A DNA stretch of 64,000 nt, taken from the IMG/VR virus record IMGVR_UViG_3300031673_008321. The stretch is one strand, 5' to 3'. This DNA comes from an uncultured virus (IMG/VR IMGVR_UViG_3300031673_008321) (taxonomy: Duplodnaviria > Heunggongvirae > Uroviricota > Caudoviricetes). The notes under the pieces were generated by a model. That model searched no databases. It had not been told where the DNA came from and saw only the letters and a list, made by a program, of their open reading frames with translations. The position numbers and the translations under genes are program-made. This document shows, in pieces, positions 1 to 9,128 of the stretch (positions are counted from its first letter, which is position 1; each line of letters opens with the position of its first letter).

Positions 1-2
1 CT

Positions 3-500
3 AGCTCTAGTGAGTCAAGCTCTAGTTCGGAATCTAGCTCAAGTTCAAGTAGTTCAGAATCCAGCTCAAGTTCTAGTTCGGAGTCTAGCTCTAGCTCTAG
101 TGAGTCAAGCTCTAGTTCATCTAGTTCGGAATCTAGCTCAAGCTCAAGTAGTTCAGAATCTAGCTCAAGTTCTAGTTCAAGCGAATCAAGCTCTAGTTCA
201 AGTAGCTCTGAGTCAAGCTCTAGTTCAAGTGAGTCCAGTTCAAGTAGTTCAGAATCTAGTTCGAGTTCTAGTGAATCTAGCTCTAGTTCAGAATCATCCA
301 GCTCATCATCTGAATCCAGCTCAAGCTCCAGTGAATCTAGTTCAAGCTCATCTAGTTCAGAATCTAGCTCAAGTAGTTCTAGCTCAGAATCAAGTTCTAG
401 TAGCTCGGAGTCAAGTTCTAGTTCTAGTGAATCTAGTTCTAGTTCATCGAGTTCAGAATCTAGCTCTAGTAGTTCAGATTCTAGTTCTAGTTCTAGTGAG
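3..500 (+). repeat. Low-complexity coding repeat: runs of about 5-8 Ser separated by single Glu (one Asp)
   Basis: Codons largely alternate TCN and AGY (TCT AGT TCA AGC), punctuated by GAA/GAG. Confidence 0.95.
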
Positions 501-1814
501 CATTCACCACCAGTTGATTTACCGGCGTGGTTAAATACCATAGGTTTAAAAAATTTACCCGCTGCTATCAAAGCATTTTTGTCTGATACTAAAGATATTT
601 CATCCTATTTAAATGTAATACAAGTATATAATTTACCTGCTAATATCCATAGTTGGGATACAAGAGATTTAGGTGCTTCTGCTACTAGTGTATATGGCCC
701 GTATGATTTACAAGCTTATTTGCGTATACACCCATACAATAATTTACCTGCAAGAGCATACGGTTGTTATAGTGAAACAAAGAATTTATGGGCTATTTTA
801 ACTGGATTGCAATCTGCAAATTTAGGAGCATATATAAGTGCTATTAGTGCTGCTAATTTAACAGCTTATATAAATTCTATTGGACAAGCATCGGATCTTC
901 CGGCGACAATTATACCCAAAACTATACGGATGAAGCGCGCTTTATTAATATCTTTACTTGAACACACAGATTTAGCGGCGACAATAAATTTTCAATGTTT
1001 TGGATCCAGGTATGCAGATTTGAATGCTTACCTTTATACAATATATAAGTCAGATTTGACAGCTTCTGTTTGGGGCTGGAGAGCTACAGATGATTACAGC
1101 GATTTGAAAGCGTATATAAATACTGCTGATTATGATGTACAGGATACTTACACCGTTAGATTTATTCCAGAAACTAGAAAATATACACTATTGAAGTTGA
1201 TTTTTAGCGTTAGGGATTCATATAAAGTTTTTGATACTTTACCAATATTCTATAGCAATTTTCATGGTGGTGATTTATCTGCGTCAATAAACGGTATATT
1301 AACTAGTTCTAATTTAGGAGCGCTAATTACTCCGATAATTCAGTCAAATTATACAGAATTACCTGATAATGTATATCCAAAGACACATGAAATTGTTATT
1401 GATTTTGATGAACACTGGCGAGAAAATTGGCGCCGAACAGTAGAACTATTATTTAAAAGAGATGGAGCCGATCCGTATCATTATTTTTATATAAGTGGAA
1501 ATCAACAGGTTTATCGACTAGATAGGTCAAGGCACTGGACTATCTGGGCTAAATCGTATGTTGAGACCGATGATATGATAGAGCGTCGAAATATAAGACG
1601 TAAATACATTTTCAAGATGTCAAACTACAATACTATTGATGAAGCTATAAGAGATATTATTGACAGGGCATCTACTTATAGGCAAACCGATTTAAGTGCA
1701 TCTATAAGTTGTATTATGCCAAATTATAATGATTTAAGCGCGTCAATGAATATAATTGTGGGTAAAAGAACGTGGGTTAAAAGTTTGAGAGCAACCATTA
1801 CCGCAGTGCCTTAA
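3..1814 (+). CDS. 5'-truncated putative virion fibre/structural protein: poly-Ser/Glu tract followed by [DN]LxAx[IL] repeats
   Basis: Frame +3 is open from base 3 (AGC TCT AGT GAG TCA...) through ...SSEHSPPVDLPAWLNTIGLKNLPAAIKAF into the track ORF 579..1814, with no stop. About 20 short repeats such as DLPAWL, NLPANI, DLQAYL, NLGAYI, DLSASI. The structural role is inferred. Confidence 0.75.
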   Translation, partial: SSSESSSSSESSSSSSSSESSSSSSSESSSSSSESSSSSSSSESSSSSSSSESSSSSSSSESSSSSSSSESSSSSSESSSSSSESSSSSSESSSSSESSSSSSESSSSSSESSSSSSSSESSSSSSSSESSSSSSESSSSSSESSSSSSSSESSSSSSDSSSSSSEHSPPVDLPAWLNTIGLKNLPAAIKAFLSDTKDISSYLNVIQVYNLPANIHSWDTRDLGASATSVYGPYDLQAYLRIHPYNNLPARAYGCYSETKNLWAILTGLQSANLGAYISAISAANLTAYINSIGQASDLPATIIPKTIRMKRALLISLLEHTDLAATINFQCFGSRYADLNAYLYTIYKSDLTASVWGWRATDDYSDLKAYINTADYDVQDTYTVRFIPETRKYTLLKLIFSVRDSYKVFDTLPIFYSNFHGGDLSASINGILTSSNLGALITPIIQSNYTELPDNVYPKTHEIVIDFDEHWRENWRRTVELLFKRDGADPYHYFYISGNQQVYRLDRSRHWTIWAKSYVETDDMIERRNIRRKYIFKMSNYNTIDEAIRDIIDRASTYRQTDLSASISCIMPNYNDLSASMNIIVGKRTWVKSLRATITAVP

Positions 1815-1843
1815 TTTTTTTTCAAATTTATGTATTTTTTATA

Positions 1844-1871
1844 TAGCAAAACTTTGTTTTTATTCTATAAT
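1844..1871 (+). promoter_or_regulatory. Phage promoter motif copy 1 (TAGCAA-N16-TATAAT)
   Basis: TAGCAA 1844-1849, TATTCTATAAT ending at 1871; tandem with copy 2 at a 69-bp offset. Confidence 0.7.
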
Positions 1872-1912
1872 TATTTTATAATTTTTTTTTCAAAACTTTA
1901 ACATTTTTTATC

Positions 1913-1940
1913 TAGCAAAATCCTTATTTTATTCTATAAT
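1913..1940 (+). promoter_or_regulatory. Phage promoter motif copy 2, upstream of the replication operon
   Basis: TTTATCTAGCAAAA...TTATTCTATAATA with a 16-nt spacer; intergenic before the thymidylate synthase gene. Confidence 0.8.
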
Positions 1941-1987
1941 ATAATTGAGTTCAGTAAAAAATAATTAATATCTAGGGAGATTACTAT

Positions 1988-2647
1988 ATGAATTTAGAGT
2001 TTGTTGAAGCCACAACAATACCTGATAGTTGGTTTCGGTGTATTTACAGAATTTTAGATGTTGGACGAAAATATGTAATAGATAGAGGCAGTTATGAGGG
2101 ACAACAGCGCCTCGAATTTGATTATGTGACAGTTCACATTAAATATCCTGGAGTACGTCCGTTACTTCCAGAATGCCCGATTTCTTCTGGCATACCAAAC
2201 CCCGCTTCAAATGAGTATCTCGAAGAATACCTACCTTATTTAATGACCTCAACTAAAAAATCTAATGAATTGTATACCTACGGTATGGACGTGGAGCCTC
2301 AGATGAAAGAAATTATAAAAATGTTTAGAGATGAAGGTCCAAATACCAACCAAGCTTGTATGACTATAGGAAATGCTAATTCTATTAAACTAGACGACCC
2401 GCAATGTTTAAAGGTATTGGATTTTAGAGTTTCTAATGATAAATTGCACGTTGTTGTTTATTTTAGAAGCAATGATCTTTGGGGAGGGTATCCAGTTAAC
2501 ATTGCATCTATTCAAATTCTCAAAGAATATATATCCGATGAAGTTGGAGTGGAAGACGGGGAAATAATTTATTCTGGAAAAGGTCTCCATTTGTATGATC
2601 ATTGTTGGGATATAGCTAAAAATATAATAAGGAGTAATAATGTATAG
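1988..2647 (+). CDS. thyA: Thymidylate synthase, short (archaeal-like) ThyA type
   Basis: DPQCL catalytic Cys; YFRSNDLWGGYPVN motif with the dUMP-specifying Asn; GLHLY. Confidence 0.8.
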   Translation: MNLEFVEATTIPDSWFRCIYRILDVGRKYVIDRGSYEGQQRLEFDYVTVHIKYPGVRPLLPECPISSGIPNPASNEYLEEYLPYLMTSTKKSNELYTYGMDVEPQMKEIIKMFRDEGPNTNQACMTIGNANSIKLDDPQCLKVLDFRVSNDKLHVVVYFRSNDLWGGYPVNIASIQILKEYISDEVGVEDGEIIYSGKGLHLYDHCWDIAKNIIRSNNV

Positions 2648-3470
2648 TTTTAGTATAATGAATACTAATAGCTTAATCAAATTGTATACTGAGGGGGCTA
2701 GTATTAATAAATTGTCTAGACTATGCGGTTTACACAAAAGTTTTGTAAAGAGATTTTTATGTGAGAATGGGATAGATACCAGGACTCAAACAGAACAAAT
2801 GTTATTAGAGTCAAAGATTAATGTGTACAACTCAGATTACTTTGATGTAATAGATTCTCATGTGAAAGCATATTGGATAGGATTTATATTGGCTGACGGT
2901 AGTTTAAGTCCTGCTAATCGTTATAGATTATCTATTAGTTTACAACTATCCGATTTATATCATTTGGAAAAATTCTCCAACATATTTGGCGCTGATGTAT
3001 TTATTGATCGTGGGTATCCTCGGTGTGATATTGAATGCCAGTATTTGTGGAGATCGTTGAATAATATAGGTATAAAACCACAGAAATCTTTTTATGAAAC
3101 TGGTTGTGTTTTTGATAATATACCTGTTAAATATATTAATTCGTTTATATTAGGTTTTATGGATGGTGATGGGTCTGTTTTATTAGCGCAACCCTACCCA
3201 AATTATTATATAATTGAGTTGTCTTTTTGTGGAGCCATGGTTTTAATGGAAAAACTAAAAACTGCGTTGGTTAGTAAGTTTGATCTGAACGATAATAAAA
3301 TAGGCGAGCATAATAATTCTTTTAGGGTAGGATGGCGCGGTAAACAAGTTTTGCCCGTTTTGAAATGGTTATACAAGGATTCGCCGGTTAAGTTAGAACG
3401 AAAATATAATATTTATAAGAAATATTTAAACAAAGTAAAAAAATTAAGGAGAAGGAAACATGGAATTTAA
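2640..3470 (+). CDS. Free-standing LAGLIDADG homing endonuclease
   Basis: Two LAGLIDADG helices, KAYWIGFILADGS and FILGFMDGDGS; HTH-like N-terminus. Confidence 0.85.
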   Translation: MYSFSIMNTNSLIKLYTEGASINKLSRLCGLHKSFVKRFLCENGIDTRTQTEQMLLESKINVYNSDYFDVIDSHVKAYWIGFILADGSLSPANRYRLSISLQLSDLYHLEKFSNIFGADVFIDRGYPRCDIECQYLWRSLNNIGIKPQKSFYETGCVFDNIPVKYINSFILGFMDGDGSVLLAQPYPNYYIIELSFCGAMVLMEKLKTALVSKFDLNDNKIGEHNNSFRVGWRGKQVLPVLKWLYKDSPVKLERKYNIYKKYLNKVKKLRRRKHGI

Positions 3471-4581
3471 AATACTAGTAGAAGATTTACAATCTGTGGT
3501 TTCTCGTTTGTCTAATATAGTAAAGATAAATGAGGAAGATATCACCGGCATGGTAATGATCGAAGTAGGAGACAATGTAAAGTTTAAGGCCACGGATGGA
3601 AGTGTTCATATAGTCATTAATAATGACCAATGTGAGATTATTAAAACTGGAAAAACTTTAGTGAGGCTTAGAGATATTAAAGGTTATGTTTCTAAGTTTA
3701 TACCGTTGGTGGATGGTTATGGCACAAAGGACTTTCATTTTATTATAGAAGAACCCGAAGGTCTTATAAAGACTAAAACTAGTTTTGAAAATAGTAAACC
3801 ATCTTATAGGCGTTTAAGGTTTGAGTTATTTAAGAAGGATTATCCACCAGTTAAACCCTTTGGTGAGGCTCAACTTATCCTTAATAGTAATATTCTTAAG
3901 CGCGGTATAAATAAGGTTATGCATTGTATTAACCCCGCTGAGATTAGGAGATCTATCACTGGTTTGCAAGTGACTATTAAAGAGAACGCTATAGTATTTG
4001 CTGGAACAAATGGAATTAAACTTGCAGAATTTGAATTAGATATCAATGCAGACATTGAAAAATCTTCATATATATTCAAATATAATTTTGCATCTGTTTT
4101 GAGAGCAGTTCTTGATGATGATGCTCAAGTATTTATGATATTGGAAGGGCGTCACGTTTATGTTAAATCCAATGATATATATATTACCGGTAGCTTGGTT
4201 ATCAATGAGGACTATCCTAATTATAAACCCATGTTTGAGTTGACTAAGGTTATTACTTTTCCCCGACTTGATTTTGCGGACACCGTTAATACAGTTATGG
4301 ATGTATTAGATCCTGAAGATAATAGTAGATTGACAATTACTTTTGAGGGGAATAAACTACTTTTGAAGAATGATGTTGTTGAATCAGTTCAGGATTTTGA
4401 CGAGCCTTTCGAAGCTAATTTAGATATTGATATTAATGGTGAATACCTTGATTCAATTTTACGTGATTTTGTGGGCGAGAAATTAGAAATACATTTCACA
4501 GAAGGAAATAACTATGTGGTATTCAAACCACCTGGAAATAGTAAACATACAGCACTAATAACTGTAGTTAAACGTAGATAA
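3460..4581 (+). CDS. dnaN: DNA polymerase III beta-type sliding clamp
   Basis: 373 aa; ATDG, DYP, GTNGIKLA, DYPNYK and INGEYL motifs typical of DnaN. Confidence 0.85.
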   Translation: MEFKILVEDLQSVVSRLSNIVKINEEDITGMVMIEVGDNVKFKATDGSVHIVINNDQCEIIKTGKTLVRLRDIKGYVSKFIPLVDGYGTKDFHFIIEEPEGLIKTKTSFENSKPSYRRLRFELFKKDYPPVKPFGEAQLILNSNILKRGINKVMHCINPAEIRRSITGLQVTIKENAIVFAGTNGIKLAEFELDINADIEKSSYIFKYNFASVLRAVLDDDAQVFMILEGRHVYVKSNDIYITGSLVINEDYPNYKPMFELTKVITFPRLDFADTVNTVMDVLDPEDNSRLTITFEGNKLLLKNDVVESVQDFDEPFEANLDIDINGEYLDSILRDFVGEKLEIHFTEGNNYVVFKPPGNSKHTALITVVKRR

Positions 4582-4587
4582 ATAAAA

Positions 4588-4726
4588 TGGGCGACGTGGC
4601 GGGTAGTTGCGACCAGCGTTATATGCTCCTGGGACGGCTTATATGTGTAGATGGGATGGCCTCCTTTGAAAATATAGGTACCATGTAAAAAGATTGGATA
4701 TACTAGTTGTTGTCTAATTTCGCCCA
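4588..4726 (+). ncRNA. Candidate structured ncRNA, long imperfect rod (strand uncertain)
   Basis: GC-richer intergenic gap with nested complementarity: TGGGCGA/TCGCCCA, GCGACCAG/CTAGTTGT (one mismatch), CTTATAT/ATATAGG. Confidence 0.45.
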
Positions 4727-4745
4727 AACTACAAAGGATATTTAT

Positions 4746-5363
4746 ATGAATTTAGACCAACAAGATTTGTTTGGCGACAAGTCTACAGATGAAATTCAAC
4801 TTGAAGAGTCCATAAAGAATATTGAGAAAGCGGGATATAGAGTTGCTCGAGATGCTGAAGAAGCTAGGCAGATAGCGATTGAATCTGGCTGGCAAGTTAC
4901 TGAACCTATATTAGTGAATGATAAAGTAATAACTATGAAAGATTTACGTAATTACTTTTTCATGCGATTGTGGACTAAGTATCCTAATAGGTATAAGTAT
5001 TATGTGGATAATATCAAAAACGAATTTCGTTTGATGAGGTTTTTTGTTGAGTCGCGGGAAGAAAAAGGTTTGAATAAATTTAATGCAATTCAGCAGTGTG
5101 TAGCTATTATTGATGTTATTTTTGACTATGAAGAGGAATTTAATTTTAAGACCCCTATAGATATAAGAGTGGTAGGTCAAGCAAAGGCGGGTTGGATAAC
5201 AGAAAAAGCGCTTCAGATAGTGAATAATAACCTTCTTAAGAGTAGAGAAAAAGAAGCCGAACGCAGAATTGCTGATATGGAAGATAATAGAGAAATAAAT
5301 TTGAAAGAAAAAGCTAAGGAATTGGATGAAATGTTAGCAAATATGGAGGCAAATAATGGCTAA
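4746..5363 (+). CDS. Hypothetical protein with an N-terminal QQDLF clamp-binding-like motif
   Basis: ATG at 4746 after AAGGA; sits between dnaN and recA. Confidence 0.7.
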   Translation: MNLDQQDLFGDKSTDEIQLEESIKNIEKAGYRVARDAEEARQIAIESGWQVTEPILVNDKVITMKDLRNYFFMRLWTKYPNRYKYYVDNIKNEFRLMRFFVESREEKGLNKFNAIQQCVAIIDVIFDYEEEFNFKTPIDIRVVGQAKAGWITEKALQIVNNNLLKSREKEAERRIADMEDNREINLKEKAKELDEMLANMEANNG

Positions 5364-6393
5364 AAAGCAGGAAAAGGTAGAGCCTAAAGTAAAAAGTGCT
5401 CTGGAATTGCAGAAGCAAGCAATTATTAAAAAGTATGGTGAAGGGGTATTAAGTTATTTAGGAGATCATGAAGATTTAAAGATAGATGCTGTCTCTACTG
5501 GATGTCTATCGCTTGATTCATCATTAGGTACTGGTGGATTTGCAAGGGGCAGGTTATATGAAGTTTATGGGCCTAATAGTAGTGGTAAATCTACTTTAGC
5601 ATTAAGTGTTTGTATGCAGGCACTTACTAGAAACATGGAAGTGGTTTATATAGACGCAGAACACGCATTAGATCCAAAACTTGTCAGAAATATGGGAGCG
5701 GAAGTTAATATTAACCCCGACAGAATGTGTTTGATACAAGCATTTACTGGTGATGATAATCTGGAAATAGCAGAAAAATTGATGAAGACTGGTGAAGTAG
5801 ACGTGTGCATTGTAGATAGTGTATCAGCTTTGTTACCTAAAGATATGGCCGAGGGTGAGATTGGTGACACCTACATAGGATTACTCGCTCGTCTTATGAG
5901 TAAGGCATGTATGAAACTTACACCGGTAGCGAATCGTACAAATACACTTCTTGTATTTATAAATCAAATTAGGCATAGTATTGGTAAATGGGGCGACGAT
6001 AGAATTACTACAGGTGGAGAAGCGCTTTCTTTTTATACCACAGGTCGTGTTAAAGTTGAAGGCGGTGAATCTAAAACTTCCCGTATTGTAGGTGATGAGG
6101 GGGTGGTTATAGGCCATGAAAGTAGTTTTCAAATAGTTAAAAACAAACTTGCTGCTCCTTGGAGAACCGCAAAAATAGATCTTATTTATGGCAGAGGGTA
6201 TAATTTTACTAGTGAGGTAGTTACTCTTGGGATTGATTTTGGGCTGATAGATCAGTCTGGCTCCAGGTATGAATATAAAGGAAATAAACAACACGGTAAA
6301 GGAAATTTAGTTAATTTCTTCAGGGAAAATGTTGAAATGTGTGGTGAACTAAGGAGTAAAGTAAAAGAAATGTTGGGGTTATCTGATGAGTAG
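5356..6393 (+). CDS. recA: RecA recombinase
   Basis: GPNSSGKST Walker A, YIDAEHALDP, IVDSVSAL, FINQIR, TTGGEAL, VKNK. Confidence 0.97.
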   Translation: MAKKQEKVEPKVKSALELQKQAIIKKYGEGVLSYLGDHEDLKIDAVSTGCLSLDSSLGTGGFARGRLYEVYGPNSSGKSTLALSVCMQALTRNMEVVYIDAEHALDPKLVRNMGAEVNINPDRMCLIQAFTGDDNLEIAEKLMKTGEVDVCIVDSVSALLPKDMAEGEIGDTYIGLLARLMSKACMKLTPVANRTNTLLVFINQIRHSIGKWGDDRITTGGEALSFYTTGRVKVEGGESKTSRIVGDEGVVIGHESSFQIVKNKLAAPWRTAKIDLIYGRGYNFTSEVVTLGIDFGLIDQSGSRYEYKGNKQHGKGNLVNFFRENVEMCGELRSKVKEMLGLSDE

Positions 6394-6733
6394 ACTTGCA
6401 GAGAAAACATATGAGTGTTTAAAGGAGATATTTAAACATAATATTATAACAACAGAGTATTATGTTAAGTATGGTAACACAAGATTGTTTTTTGATTTTT
6501 ATATAAAAGATGTGGGCGTAATTATTGAAGTACAAGGCCGCCAGCACGACGAGTTTGTGAAGCATTTTCATAATGATAGAGAAACATTTCTTGCGGCTAA
6601 GAAAAGAGACAACTTGAAGAAAGAATATTGTGAAAAAAAAGATCTTGTATTAGTAGAAATAAGGGATGAAGATGAAAAAGAATTGGATGGAAATTTTATA
6701 TTGCAGCGGATATGGAGTATAATGATATCATGA
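6386..6733 (+). CDS. Small PD-(D/E)XK endonuclease (Vsr/DUF559-like)
   Basis: FDFYI...IIEVQGRQH...KRDNLKKEYC pattern. Confidence 0.7.
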   Translation: MSRLAEKTYECLKEIFKHNIITTEYYVKYGNTRLFFDFYIKDVGVIIEVQGRQHDEFVKHFHNDRETFLAAKKRDNLKKEYCEKKDLVLVEIRDEDEKELDGNFILQRIWSIMIS

Positions 6734-6960
6734 CCCTCGCAGAATCAGCTAAGAATTTTTGGATTAGATTTGGAATGTTTTTTAGGGTGGTAGGTGAATC
6801 TATACAACCCGACTATTGGGTATGTATGCACTGTGGTAATATCGAATATTATGAGCGTGAAGTTATGTGTTGGAAATGTGGCATAGGAGAGATGATATAC
6901 AAAGGAGAGTTGTATGACAGAAATAATAATTCCGGGTCAAAAAGATCCGCACGACCTTGA
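6712..6960 (+). CDS. Small hypothetical protein with two CxxC pairs
   Basis: CMHC...CWKC; fills the gap in the operon; start uncertain. Confidence 0.5.
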   Translation: MEYNDIMTLAESAKNFWIRFGMFFRVVGESIQPDYWVCMHCGNIEYYEREVMCWKCGIGEMIYKGELYDRNNNSGSKRSARP

Positions 6961-7219
6961 TGCGTGTAAAGACTGCCCTGATTTTGTGCCTTTGGTTGAT
7001 GGAACAATTCATGGCGACCAAAAGTATTGTGATCTATCTAAAGAATGCAGACAATATGATCCTGAAAGAGGTATGGGATACTATTCAGAGTTTCATGAGT
7101 GGCAAGAGTTTTACACAGATGAGAACGGTAAGTTAGTATCAGAAGAGTGCCTAGATTATCTATGTACTGGAAAATTCCCTATATGGGAAGAGCGTAGTGA
7201 AGACTCGAAGGCGGCCTAA
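6914..7219 (+). CDS. Hypothetical Cys-containing protein
   Basis: AAGGAG RBS; in operon. Confidence 0.65.
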   Translation: MTEIIIPGQKDPHDLDACKDCPDFVPLVDGTIHGDQKYCDLSKECRQYDPERGMGYYSEFHEWQEFYTDENGKLVSEECLDYLCTGKFPIWEERSEDSKAA

Positions 7220-7245
7220 AACTTATATTTTGTTAAGAGGGTATT

Positions 7246-7719
7246 ATGAATGACATAAACAAATATCTAAACGACAGATCAAAGGAATTAATGGTCTATA
7301 ATATGCCCAGAAACGAAGGTCTTATGAACGAAATATTTGCGTTTGACCCTAAAAATTTAGAGGCAACAGCAGCAGCGGATATTAGCAAATTTGCTATTGG
7401 TCTTGCGCAGTTCCTAATTTTTTTCTCATCGCAAATCAATGCGACCAAGGTAAAGTTAGTTCAGAAGAACAGGGTAATAGATATCTACATTAATCAGTCA
7501 GATATAAAAGGAAGGACTAAAGCCGAGAAGCGTCAAAAAGTAATAGAGGCTAGCCCAGAACTGAAACAGATAGAAGTAGATATAGAGGCACTTGAAGCTG
7601 AAGTCAAAATGACAGACGGTTTGGAAAAATATTATCTTGAGTTGATAAATAGTTTTAAGCGTGAATTAACAAGGCGCGAGCATGAAATGAAATTTAGCCG
7701 GGATGAAAGAAGGTTATAA
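7246..7719 (+). CDS. Hypothetical coiled-coil protein (possible recombination mediator or helicase partner)
   Basis: Helical, charged protein directly upstream of the helicase; function suggested by position only. Confidence 0.65.
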   Translation: MNDINKYLNDRSKELMVYNMPRNEGLMNEIFAFDPKNLEATAAADISKFAIGLAQFLIFFSSQINATKVKLVQKNRVIDIYINQSDIKGRTKAEKRQKVIEASPELKQIEVDIEALEAEVKMTDGLEKYYLELINSFKRELTRREHEMKFSRDERRL

Positions 7720-9128
7720 TGATAGAAAAAACCAAGGAAATGTTTACTCAAGCGGTATATGAAAGAGCTCTACTCTCTTATTGCTTTGAATCAGTAGACA
7801 ATTACTATGTAATAGCGTCAGCGGTATCAGATCAAGATTTTCTACGGCCTGAGCACCGTATGGTATGGATTATAATGGGGTCACTTATTAAGAGGGGCGC
7901 GTCTAAATTTGATGGGTCGTTAATAACTAATGAAGCTAATCATAGTGGTGTGCTTAAAGATATAGGTGGGTATGAATATATAAATGCTATAATAGGTATG
8001 GATTTATCTGATAGTAATATTCAGTATTACATAGATAAAGTGTTAGACTCCAGCACAAAATTTCAACTTTACATTAGATTGCAGAATGGTTTGACTAAAA
8101 TAAGTAGTGGTGCAACCAACGACGATATAAGTGCTGCGGACATGATTGGGTTGGTTGGCAAAGATGTGATGGACTTATCACTGAAATCCAAAGCAGTCAA
8201 AGAAGCTACAGATTTAGCAGACGGATTAGACGAATACATAGAAGAACGTCGTCAAAATCCTGTTGAATACTGTGGTATGAGTACTGGATACAGTATTCTA
8301 GATAAAAGAATAGATGGATTAGTGCCTGGAACTTTAACAGTCCTATGTGCCAGGCCAAAACATGGTAAGAGTGCTTTTTTGAGTAATGTAGGTGCATATG
8401 TAGCATATAGACTTTTAAAACCGGTTCTTTATGTGGATACGGAGATGCCATTTGATCAATGGAGGAGTAGAATAATTGCTATGCTGTCCGGTATCCCTGA
8501 ACGAAGAGTTAGGCACGGTGGATATACGGAGTCAGAATACTATAACATAAATCAAGCTACTGCTCTTATAAAAAAAGGTAAGTTATTTCATGAATATATG
8601 CCTGGTTATAGTGTAGAGAAGTTAGCTGCCATTTATAATAAGTATCGACATGTAGAAGGTATTGAGTTAGCGATTTTTGATTACATAAAAGAACCTCCCG
8701 GTGGAAGTAAAGATAGAAAGGAATACCAACTACTTGGGGATGTTACTACTGCATTGAAAGATATGTCAGGTGAAATGCAAATTCCTTTTTTATGTGCAAA
8801 TCAATTGAATAGACAGAAGGATATTGCTGATAGTGATAGAATACTTAGGTACGCTGATGTACTTATGTTCTTCAAACCTAAAGAAATAGAAGAAATAGAG
8901 CGTGGTGGTACACAAGCCGGCGGACATAAATTGATGATTACAGATAGTCGCCGGGGCGGAACAACCCCAGAAGAAGGCATAGGGTACGAGTTTACAAAAA
9001 GAACTTTACAGATAAGTGAAGCACAAGTTCAGTTGATAGATTACGATAGCAAAGAATATAAAGAGAAAGAGGAAATAGAGTATGGAACAGACTCAGCAGA
9101 GTCAAACGAGCCCAGGGAGCACTTCTAA
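7719..9128 (+). CDS. dnaB: Replicative DNA helicase, DnaB family
   Basis: ARPKHGKS Walker A, DTEM, IFDYIK, ANQLNR, DSDRILRYAD; DnaB N-terminal domain. Confidence 0.93.
   Translation: MIEKTKEMFTQAVYERALLSYCFESVDNYYVIASAVSDQDFLRPEHRMVWIIMGSLIKRGASKFDGSLITNEANHSGVLKDIGGYEYINAIIGMDLSDSNIQYYIDKVLDSSTKFQLYIRLQNGLTKISSGATNDDISAADMIGLVGKDVMDLSLKSKAVKEATDLADGLDEYIEERRQNPVEYCGMSTGYSILDKRIDGLVPGTLTVLCARPKHGKSAFLSNVGAYVAYRLLKPVLYVDTEMPFDQWRSRIIAMLSGIPERRVRHGGYTESEYYNINQATALIKKGKLFHEYMPGYSVEKLAAIYNKYRHVEGIELAIFDYIKEPPGGSKDRKEYQLLGDVTTALKDMSGEMQIPFLCANQLNRQKDIADSDRILRYADVLMFFKPKEIEEIERGGTQAGGHKLMITDSRRGGTTPEEGIGYEFTKRTLQISEAQVQLIDYDSKEYKEKEEIEYGTDSAESNEPREHF

Noticed and set aside
1..500. Possible CRISPR array, iterons or promoter-motif copies (many TCTAGC words)
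   Set aside because: No constant repeat with unique spacers and no downstream TATAAT; fully explained by Ser codons.
10..534. ORF-track 174-aa Val/Leu/Gln-rich protein
   Set aside because: Shadow frame of the Ser repeat; frame +3 is continuous with the downstream 411-aa ORF.
2640..3470. Group I intron around the LAGLIDADG gene (and around the HNH genes)
   Set aside because: Flanking genes look complete and overlap the endonuclease ORFs directly, leaving no room for an intron core; they appear free-standing.
4588..4726. tRNA or tmRNA (GGGCGA...TCGCCCA resembles an acceptor stem)
   Set aside because: No T-arm TTC loop, no cloverleaf and the wrong length; kept only as a generic structured-RNA candidate.
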